From the NCBI RefSeq assembly GCF_964355755.1, contig NC_092676.1, forward strand, positions 9,029,888 to 9,093,887: DNA of 64,000 nt, in the 5' to 3' direction. How positions within the stretch are numbered: position 1 is the stretch's first letter; each line of letters begins with the position of its first letter. A program made the position numbers and the translations under genes. The notes beneath the pieces were generated by a model. The model searched no databases, was not told the origin of the DNA, and saw only the letters and a program-made list of their open reading frames with translations. Positions 53,201 through 64,000 of this stretch are shown here, piece after piece. Source of the DNA: Antedon mediterranea (taxonomy: Eukaryota > Animalia > Echinodermata).

Positions 53201-55942
53201 TGGTAGTGATATGACATCATCATATCCATATATGGGCACATCACATTTTTTTACATAAAAGTTGATAGTGTAGACAGAGCTTTAGGCAATACTTTGTGGT
53301 TCAACAAAATGTGAATAAATATCATTTACGATGGAAATTATGCCTGTAGTATTTTATGGGCTATTTCATGACACCTTCTAGAACTAATAATTTCAGGTAT
53401 AATGCCTAATTCTGTCCAGCACAACAAGATTTATACAAGAGTCATAGACACCATTCCAGTGAACTATATCGTGATTCGATTCGGAAAATATGGATATAAA
53501 TATAAAAGCCACGTAAAATGTTAAGATACCTGCTGTTATCCGAGAATTTAATGACGTTGTTATCATTGCTGGTAGCTTGCGTTGACATCACCATCTTGAA
53601 TAAAGAATGATCTTTTTCTTCTCCATCGATTACCATCTTACCCTTAAAAAACCAATGACGACTATGCTCACTAGAAAGAAGACAGAAAGCAAGAAAAAAC
53701 CATTTGTAGGAATATTTTCAGGAATTTCTAAATACAGTAATGAAAGCTGAGAAATGTTGCATAGATGAAAAGAATTTAAGTAAAGAATGGTCTATGTCTT
53801 AGGATTATCCATGGTTACAAATACTATTTTACTTTATTTTAGGCTAGAAGGCAAATAGACAATGCCACAATTGTTTTTCACCTGTTTTTTTTTTCAGGTA
53901 TATATTGAGGCAGATGGTATCTTTGTTCTTTTTGACTGTTTTACTTCATTTACTTTATTTTTACCTCATTTTGATTTAGCTATTTAGCATATTCTATTTA
54001 TATCTCTATCCAATCACTGATAAACTCACAGCATTGCAATACTGTATTTTCAATAATTTAGGTTTGTATTAAAATTAAATAAAGATATTACTTTTAAAAG
54101 ACAGTAAAGAATGTAAATAAATATTCATGACCATCATTCACAGATGGTAAAACTTCATGCGACTAAAACTAAAGTGCTTTGTACCTGTTAGACTGAGCCA
54201 AGTCAAAGAGTTCAACACTTGTTGGATTCCGTTTAACCTTTTCAATAAACATGTTGGTGTAAAAGTCTATGTCCCACGTATCAAAGGCAAGTCCTGCAGT
54301 AAAGAATAATACAAAATGTTTATAATGCAATATTAATAATAGAAATCTTCATAAACCATTTATTGGTCATGATAAGCTTTGGTTTATAAATTCAATAACA
54401 ATGAATTCTTAAATGAACAATGTATCCACAGACCGATTAAATAATTACTGTACAGTAATATTAACTGGTTACTAGAACACACTTAAAAGAATATGAAATC
54501 ATGTTGGATGTTAAGCTAAATGTAATGTTAAAGACCTATTCCCTACAATTTTTGCCTTGTCTTTTCTGTTTTATGGTAAATTATGATAAAAAGAATGAAA
54601 CAATACACATGCACAATGCATGTTATGATTTATAGAAAGTCTCTAAATGATTAGAATCAACTAATTTTTTAAATTTTTAACAGTTTTAAAGACGAAAAAG
54701 TTATCGCATACATATTTATTTTTACATTAAATGTAGTTTGTGACCTATAATTAGATCTAAAAACGTAGGAAATGGGACTTTAATCATAATATAATGATAT
54801 ACAGTATCAACACAAAGTTACCTATATTAATTTTAAAGTTAAGTTAATAATAGAAAAAACTGAAATAGAATTAAAAAACACAGGAGTTTAACACAGTTCA
54901 AAGTTCATCTATACTTGGGGAACATGATTGAGAGTACTACAATCACCTAATTCTTTGTTTGCCTTTTCCAGAGCAACTTTCCCTTCACCTATAACATCAA
55001 TTTCAAAGACTTCTTCTGGTTTAGCTTTAATTTCAAAGCTGCTGATTGGTTCGTGGTAGCGACATTCCGTCATACGATCGTGAAGTACGGCTACCAGTAG
55101 ATTCTCTTCCTCGGGGCTGATAGACGCAGCAATGCCATGATCGTCGGCTACGTTTATAAGATAGCAAATAGAACGCTCAATACGAGTCACATGGTTGATT
55201 CCAGCTGATTGGCAGATTGAGACGGCATTTGTTGACCAGGCCGTAGAGAATTTCAACCTGTGTGTATAAAAATTAAACTTATTATATCATATACAGTAGA
55301 TAGTGTAATGTAATGTCCATGATATTAAATATACAGTCAACATATTCTGCCATGCATGTTTATGCCCACCTTTCTTAATTTATGCCTATTACCTTGTTGA
55401 ACAACAAAAATTATGACTTTTACTTTTTCAGATATTACCTACCGAATAACAAAACATACAGTATTATTTATTAATACTTATTCTCAACTGAAACCGACAC
55501 TAATACTGTACGACTAGAAAAGAAGGGTATTTTGTTAATTAAAAAACATTTTCTGACCTAGGCCCAATTTCAATCAGAAGTCCATCAGGTTCTTGATCAT
55601 CTTCAACTATGATTGACTTGGTCAGCAGGCTAAATTCTTCAAAAGGGGTACCTAAGATCCATTGTATTTTCTTCTGTTCTTCACCACTGAGGCAATCTAT
55701 GAAAATAATACACAGTTTAATTGACATTTTCAAAATAATATTAGTTTGGCAAAACAATTTATTAAAATTTAAATTAGAAAGGAAGAGTACCTACCTCCGT
55801 TTACTTCCACATTAAAACAAATTTCCGTTTTTAAATCTTGCAATTTAGAATTTTCCAACTGCTTTGCTAATTTCTTCCACAAAACATTTGAAGCCCCTGG
55901 GAGTAATGCCGGACTTTTATAAAACCGAGTAATGATAGTCAT
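47252..55942 (-). CDS. PFAS: PFAS copy 3, open frame (1351 aa) but possibly impaired
   Basis: Exon lengths and GT-AG sites match copy 2 (e.g. 55942-55795, 55696-55558, 55257-54947), except exon 12 (50516-50117) is 400 rather than 412 nt. No stop or frameshift seen. Substitutions: LNFST>LKFST, SIRY>SICY, EEKL>EENL. Confidence 0.85.
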
Positions 55943-56741
55943 ATTCTTTAAAAAAATAAATTATTAAATATTAGATCTATATTATTTTATATATTATTAT
56001 TTATTATTATTGATGTTTACACTAAAAAAGTATAACTATAAAGTATATGACTTATAATAATAATAATAAGCTTTATTTAATCACGGATACTTAACTTCAA
56101 CTGAAAGTTGTTTTTCAGTAAGACCGTGTTTAAAGGAAAACACCAACAAAAATAAATGTAAAAAGACCTTAATTACTATCAAAAGAGATAAAAAAAAAAA
56201 AACCAATTACAATGAAATAAAATGAAACAAGGGTACACTTACTAACTATAAAATTAAATAATACACTACAGTACATTTAAATAAAGCTACATGAAATTAG
56301 CAGTTAACAGTTTCTTAAAAAGAGAGACACTGTTCACATTTTTAATATCTTCATTTAGCTCATTCCTAACCTTGGCACCTCTATATGATAAGCTACGTTT
56401 TTGGTTTTGGTACTATTAAATTTGGCTTAGTTCTAATATTATAGTAATTGTTTTTGATATTGAATTTATTTTTATTAAATATGGAGGTGCAAGGTTGTTC
56501 ATAATCTTAAACATAACAAAAGCTTCATTTACATATAATATTTCATCTAAGTTCATCCAATTTAGACTTTGTAGAGCTTGAGTACTAGAGTGATCTGTAA
56601 TTCGCGTAGCTTCAGAGTCGATGTGGCAAGGTTAGATGGTGGTTGTTGTACGGTATCACCAAGCACATCAAACGTGTTACTTGAGATTGTGCTAATGCCA
56701 TTTTGTTTACAGTATAGATTAGGTTTAGATACAAACTTTTT

Positions 56742-58668
56742 GGGTATTGCTAAACTGCGCAAACACTGCGCAAACAACAACAAAAGCTGCGCAAACCTCC
56801 TTCAAAACAATTATTATTGATTAGAACACAACTAGAACTATATAGGGAGACAATTTATGGGAAAAAGAATTTAAAATTCCTTTAAGTTTGCCTTTTTTTG
56901 GGTGAAAAACTTCAATTTTTGGGAAAATTACTGATTTAACAGCGCAAAGAACAAAAAAAGCTGCGCAAACCTCTTTCAAAACAATTAATATTGATAGAAC
57001 ACAACTAGAACTATATAGTGAGACAATTTATGGGGAAAAAAATTGAAATTCCTTTAAGTTTGCCTTTTTTTGGGTGAAAAACTTCAATTTTTGGGAAAAT
57101 TACTGATTTCACAGCGCAAACAACAAAAAAAGCTGCGCAAACCTCCTTTAAATCAATTAATATTGATTAGATAACAACTAGAACTATATAGGGAGACAAT
57201 TTATAGGAAAACAAATTTGAATTTCCTTTGAGTTTGCCTTTTTTTGGGTGAAAAACTTCAATTTTTGGGAAAATTACCGATTTCACAGCGCAAACCCCCA
57301 AAAAAGCTGCGCAAACCTCCTTCAAAACAATTAATATTTATAGAACACAACTAGAACTATATAAGGAGACAATTTATGGGGAAAAAATTTGAAATTCCTT
57401 TAAGTTTGCCTTTTTTTGGGTGAAAAACTTCAATTTTTGGGAAAATTACTGATTTCACAGCACAATTTGCCTTTTTTTGGGTTAAAAACTATTAATGTTA
57501 AGTAAACTTAAAGGAATTTCAAATTTGTCTTCCCATAAATTGTCTCCCTATATAGTTTAGTTGTTATCTATCAATATTAATTGATTTAAAGGAGGTTTGC
57601 GTAGCTTTTTTTGTTGTTTGCGCTGTGAAATCAATAATTTTCCCAAAAATTGAAGTTTTTCACCCAAAAAAAAGAAAACTTAAAGGAGTTTCAAATTTGT
57701 TTTCCCATAAATTGTCTCCTTATATAGTTCTAGTTGTTATCTAATCAATATTAATTGATTTAAAGGAGGTTTGCGCAGCTTTTTTTTTTGGTTTGCGCTG
57801 TGAAATCAGTAATTTTCCCAAAAATTGAAGTTTTTTACCCAAAAAAAGGCAAACTTAAAGGAATTTTAAATTTTTTCCCCATAAATTGTCTCCCTATATA
57901 GGTCTAGTTGTGTTTTAATCAATATTAATTGATTTAAAGGAGGTTTGCGCAGCTTTTTTTGGAGGTTTGCGCTGTGAAATCAGTAATTTTCCCAAAAATT
58001 GAAGTTTTTACCCAAAAAAAGGCAAACTTAAAGGAATTTTAAATTTTTTCCCCATAAATTGTCTCCCTATATAGGTCTAGTTGTGTTTTAATCAATATTA
58101 ATTGATTTAAAGGAGGTTTGCGCAGCTTTTTTTGGAGGTTTGCGCTGTGAAATCAGTAATTTTCCCAAAAATTGAAGTTTTTCACCCAAAAAAAAGAAAA
58201 CTTAAAGGAATTTCAAATTTGTTTTCCCATAAATTGTCTCCTTATATAGTTCTAGTTGTTATCTAATCAATATTAATTGATTTAAAGGAGGTTTGCGCAG
58301 CTTTTTTTTTAGGTTTGCGCTGTGAAATCAGTAATTTTCCCAAAAATTGAAGTTTTTTACCCAAAAAAAGGCAAACTTAAAGGAATTTTAAATTTTTTCC
58401 CCATAAATTGTCTCCCTATATAGGTCTAGTTGTGTTTTAATTAATATTAATTGATTTAAAGGAGGTTTGCGCAGCTTTTTTTGGAGGTTTGCTCTGTGAA
58501 ATCAGTAATTTTCCCAAAAATTGAAGTTTTTCACCCAAAAAAAGTCAAACTTAAAGGAATTTTATATTTTTTCCTCATAAATTGTCTCCCTATATAGGTC
58601 TAGTTGTGTTTTAATCAATATTAATTTTTTTTTTTTTTGCGCAGTGTTTGCGCAGTTTAGCAATACCC
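56742..58668. mobile_element. Same foldback element, about 4 left and about 7 right subrepeats
   Basis: Same termini and TSD; symmetry centre at ~57490-57505. Confidence 0.9.
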
Positions 58669-59504
58669 AACTTTTTAGGTAGTTCAAATTCAGGTTCACT
58701 TGCAATATTCTGTAAACTAAGAATTTGTTGCTCAAGAGACCAGTTTCTTTCACTCATTTCTTTAAAAGCTTTACTAAGGTGAACAAAATTTGAATGGATT
58801 TCTTGAATTAGTGTAGCTGTTGTTTTAATTCAGAAACTTTCTCATCAGTTTGCTTTATTTTCAGCTTTAGTGATGGGATATGGTCCCATTATTTAGGTGT
58901 TTGAGTTGAACAATCAATTGCTTTCACAAACTCAGAGGATTTACAATTCTGACTGTATTCGTTGAGTGTTATTTCTTCAATTAACGGCGCTGTTCCAATA
59001 TTTAGCTCGTCTTTTTTTATTTCCTTTCATAATCATAGCTTAATTTTCTGAATAGATATCAGGAGTCGATGTTTCAAATGCAAGCCTATCAAAATGACTT
59101 CTAAGTTCATCATATGCAAAGCCATAAAAGCTAGAGTTTGTTATATCTAGAATGCTTGGAGCTTTTATATGACCATAGCTAGGCCACTAGTTTTCCATTG
59201 TTAGCTTTATTTGAAATTGGGCGGAAAAAGCTTGTGTACTTACTTGAACAATAGAAAGCTGGTGCATCAATTGTTCTTGCTTGAGCCTAAGATCCTCAAC
59301 ATGAAAAAACACTTAATATCCTGCTTATAATATTGACTTTGACAATAAAAATTACATCTCCATGTTGAGAAAACAACAGTTTAGACAATTTATCAGTCAC
59401 TAGCTGGTAGAAAGTTGAAAACTAATTTATAGAGAAGATTTTTCAATAGCTTTTTTCAAGAGCTTCTTGGCTTGGCTAAGACTGTCGAAACTGGTTTTAA
59501 TTAA

Positions 59505-60052
59505 AGATGTATTGTCCCTTTGACTAATTCCAAAAAAATAAAAAATAAAAGATTTCAAAAAAAGGTGGGTCATTTTGAAGTATCATAATAGTTATTAACT
59601 ATCACCAAAAATGTTTCGAAAAAAAAAAATTTTTAACTGAAATACAGACGTTTTTTTGTTAAAAAAATAACTTTGACTTCCAGTCAAAGTTTTCAATCAA
59701 AACATATCCCATAATGAAACGCGTTTGTTTGGCTACTCTGTATGCATAATCATAAAACTTCCTCATGATCTGTGTGAAAATACCTTCTTAACCGTGACGA
59801 GTTGTAAACAATCCTAATTTAGCATATGCATAATGCGTACTCATGGTTTGAAATCTTTGTTTACTTTCGCTCGTGACGATTTTCCAGATGAAATGTAATC
59901 AAACTAATTTACCTGTTAATTACGTAAACTTGTTGTTTTTGGCTCAAATTTTCGACTTAAAGTGAATAACTTTAATATTACTTTGATATGGCCACTTTAA
60001 ATTTAGAATATTTTGACCTTCATTTTTTTGTGTTTCAAGGGACAATACATCT
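59505..60052. mobile_element. 548-bp MITE with TTAA TSD, Kolobok-like
   Basis: 16-bp perfect TIR AGATGTATTGTCCCTT...AAGGGACAATACATCT. The filled site has four TTAA versus three at the empty sites in the other repeat copies. AG termini fit Kolobok better than piggyBac (usually CC). Confidence 0.9.
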
Positions 60053-61395
60053 TTAATTAATTTTATCCTAAAAAAGTACAAGATTGCCCATATATTATAG
60101 GCTATCTAGGACCAGGTTCTTTCTATAAATATATGCTAGGCTATATTTATATGTAACTCGGCGTTTACGTCAAAAAAACATGAGCCTGGTTTTTATTTAG
60201 TAGGCCTAGCCTAGTCGACAACATCATTCCCGCACTTCCATCGTTCATTTTATAAGTAGTCCGTTCTAAATAAAAGGGCCTACCCTAGGCCTAGCTAGCT
60301 AGGCTTACCTGCCCATTAGGCCTAGCCTAAATTGTAGTCATCAGAAAGAGCACTAATCAAAAAACAGATACACAACAAGTAATCAATGATATATCAATAA
60401 TTTAACACACAAACAGAAAATGAAACCAACTTACAGTATGTTTAGAACGGGGCTAAGCTTGCAAACAAATACTGTGTAGGCCTACTACTCTCTCCGCGAG
60501 CGTAAACATTATTTAATCCACATGTGTTCGGTCATAGAGAAAAGTTTACTTTCTATTGACTATGGTTCGGTACGGTCTGATGATTTTGAAGAGCGCCACC
60601 AATAATTTAGTAAGTGAGTCAAAAGGTTGATACGAAGAATTAATAATGTCATTGAATGATATAATAATTGCATAATAATAAAGTAATACTAATTATAATC
60701 GAATGAAGAAATGATACATTTATTCTATAATATCATTCGTAATAAAAAATATTTACACAATTACGATTATTGACTCATTTAAAATCATGAACGACGCGAG
60801 TTGCGAACCTTTCAATTGATTTGATTAAAAATGACTATAGGAGGCTCCAAATATCTACGAAATATGTTATCCGAGATACAGAACAAAGAATTTGTAAACC
60901 AATTGAATATTTTTAATGACAGTAAATATGAAAATGTGTGTGTTTATTGGAGTGTGCATATCCATTCAACAGTATCGACTGTAAACATCGTGAGGTGGTT
61001 TCCACATTCGTATGATCAAACGGTAGCCTACAGGGTATGATCAACTAGCGTTCGTGTTCCCACCTATAATCATCCATTCATAGAAGTACTGATGAAGATA
61101 TCAATCTGTGGCAACAATAGAATGGACCCGAGACCTGGCTATCTTCGACTTTAAAATAATAGAAAGTTTTGAAAAATTTGTTTCTAGAAATGTACGTTGT
61201 ATGATGTATAGGCCTATGTTTATTAAAAAATTGTTGTAGTTTTCTAAATTACATTGTACAAGTTGCGAAGAGAAAACTGTTATTTGATCGTAAGTTAACG
61301 TGTACATAAAGCAAAACTATCCATCCATAGGGTCATTTATCTTTTGCTAATTAATCTCCTCTTGCTTGATTGCACTCAAGCAACAATACTACAAT

Positions 61396-62219
61396 TGTAA
61401 TAGCACAATGGAAGATTAAAAGATAAACTAAATCACACAGTACAGTCTAAATACTAAAACAACTAAAACAATTCAATACAAAACTTAATTTAAAGTATTA
61501 GATCAGGCATCAAGTCTGCCCAAAATAATGATAAAAGTATGCACATCACTCACCTAAAATAGAGAGCCAATATCCTCATTGAGTGCATGGAGGTATACCA
61601 CCATGTTGAGTGTAATAAAAATAACTTCAAAACTTTAAGTGTACAAACTGTACAACGTGTAAATATCACAATCTTCTTTAACTTGAATTGTACTTTAAAC
61701 TTAGTACTCTTTTAGTATACCGTATATAATATATATATATATGTCTTTCAGTACTTTCAAATAGGTTCTCGAACTCAACGTTGTTCGAAATGTAAAAGTA
61801 TATAAAGTTGAAATTTAATTAAAGTTGGAGTGTCCAGCACGTCCGATGGCAAGAGGCAAAGAGAAAGAAATCTCCCAAACATACCCTAATGTCATCCAAA
61901 ATTGTCAAACAAGGTTTACCCCTATTGGTCCATTCTTGTTACTAGGCAAAACTCAAGAGGGGTAAATTGACCGATTGGTCAATTCCCAAATTTAGGACCT
62001 CCCATTTAAATAGATAAACATGTAAGAAGATTAAAACAGAACAAAGAGAATTCTTAAAAGGATTAATTAACAAAATGATTAAAACATATGCAGTTCCAAG
62101 GAAAAGCAATATAATGCAAACATCTTAATGCTATATTGATAAACAATCTTGCCCACCCACTGCACCCAGCTGCATTACATTGTAGGTACATTGGAAAATA
62201 ATAACATGACAGGGTTACA
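61396..62219 (-). mobile_element. LTR plus PPT, third complete copy
   Basis: Near-identical to 21036-21891, with a ~30-bp deletion near 62204. Confidence 0.7.
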
Positions 62220-64000
62220 TCCTCCCCTAACTTAAATTGCTACCCCCGGGAGCAAAAACACAAAATATCAAACATTACAAGTAGAGTCACCAGTCAAAGT
62301 GGAAAAAAAAAGGATTAAAATCGTTTCTGTTTAATTTATCTTGGTGAACAGGAAGTGTGATATAAACTCATTCTGCCTGGACACAATTTCAGTAATATTC
62401 ACAATAACTTTTTCGTTATTAAGTTGATTGCTATAGTCTTGAATTTTTTGAAGAATTATTATAGATTTTTTTGCAACAAAATCTTTCCAGTAGTTCAAAA
62501 GTTATGATAAAATATCTAATTTTTCTGAGATATCCTTGTGGCTATTCTAATTATTACACATACCCCACTGCTCAAATGCATGTTGGCTATTCCAAACTTG
62601 CTGGCTAGTCTGAAGATAGTACAGTTGGTAGGGATTCTCATAGAGATATTTTCACTATAATATATCTATGGCATTCTCAATGTGTACACATAAGTAATTA
62701 AATAATTCCTTGCTGTTGGAAGTTTATTTTTAATATCAATAAAGTAAATAACAAAATAAAGAATTAGCTATAATTATAACACATTTAAAATGAATGCCTT
62801 TTATAATTAGTTACCTAAAGTAACTTTACTCCACTTTTTTTTACATATAATATAATAATTTATTTGGAAGCTACACTTTTGAAACAGTGGCACACTTCTT
62901 GAATGAAGGTGCATCCAGAGTAAGTAAAATAAATAAATATTATTTAACAATAGGCCTATTAGTACAAGAGTCAACTTATTTGACAAAAGAACGCATTTCA
63001 ATTAGTCAATTTACATGTTGAAAAATAATCAAAATATTCATTAAGTACCTAAATATAATTAATAATTAATTTCACTTTAATGTGTTTTTATTATTCTGTG
63101 CCTGCTAATTTTTTAGATAGACAATATAATGAACAAAGAACAGAATCCAATAAACATTAAAGGAAATGAACTAGGCCTACAGACCTATTGTTAATTGTAG
63201 ACTCCTATGAAAAGAAATTTGAAGAACAAAAGGCATAATGGGTGGAAACCATTATACAGAATATAATAGATGATATCAGTAATGTGTAAATGTACTGGTG
63301 GTGTAAAGAAAGGGTAAAACAAAAAGAGATATCTTTTGATTTGTTAAATCTAGGCCAGTAGGTAGGTAGGTCTGTTACCATGTTTGTTTAAAACAATCAG
63401 GACAGACGATGGACTCGGACAGCCAGGCCCATAAATAAAATAGGGAGAGGCTTAGGCCATTCCTAGACCTAACCGCAAAATAATCAATTAAACTCTTAAA
63501 AATCAATCTAACCCCAATAAACTGAACTTAAATAATCTTTTCTATATCAGTAAAATTGTGCGTGAACTATAGTCAAAACCCGCTAAAAACTGGGGCCTGT
63601 CGCGTTGGGCCCAATGTGTTGGTAGCAGGCTACTTATCCATGTGTGTATTATCGTTGACATTTTCGTTGGAGATTTTCAGTGTAGTTTTGAAAAGAAATG
63701 ATGTTAGTCTTATACTAATACTAAATTAATTAGATTATTTTACGGAAAATATATTTTTATTAAAATTATAATTTTAATCGCAGAAAATAGATTTTGGAGA
63801 GTATAATATAAATAAAAAGCCTGATTGATAACAAAATAATTGCATCACCTTTTATTTTAACCTTGTGAAATGCGATTGTGTTTTGAAACTATAGGGTGGG
63901 TGTTTTCCAATGTTATTTTTAGTGCGCATATTTTGCTCACCACCGGCATCTGTGCTTATTTTTGAAATACTTAATAATAGATAAAATACATTTTAATATA

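Larger units (their letters stand above)
1..64000. repeat. Tandem segmental array of a ~20-22 kb PFAS-containing unit (3 complete units plus start of a 4th)
   Basis: The first bases aaagagaattcttaaaagga recur at 21685, 41333 and 62043. The ORF track repeats in the same order each time. The true unit junction cannot be fixed because the window shows no unique flank. Confidence 0.98.

Overview
AT-rich eukaryotic (animal-like, intron-containing) genomic DNA made entirely of a head-to-tail array of a ~20-22 kb unit. With the window start as an arbitrary phase, units begin at 1, 21685, 41333 and 62043 (periods 21684, 19648 and 20710 bp). Each complete unit carries a 21-coding-exon, minus-strand PFAS (FGAM synthase/PurL) gene, but the three copies differ. 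Copy 2 (27355-36090) is intact (1355 aa). Copy 1 (5903-14594) has a nonsense codon at codon 51, a destroyed splice acceptor and a 12-bp deletion. Copy 3 (47252-55942) is open but has the 12-bp deletion and substitutions at conserved sites. The rest of each unit is transposon debris: a Gypsy-type LTR with PPT, a Gypsy integrase fragment, two LINE remnants, small MITEs/SINEs and a foldback element built from ~173-bp subrepeats (8-bp TSD). It also holds an 896-bp tandem duplication present in 3, 2 and 1 copies. One unit has a private TTAA-inserted MITE. Comparisons with orthologues rely on recalled consensus motifs, not database searches.
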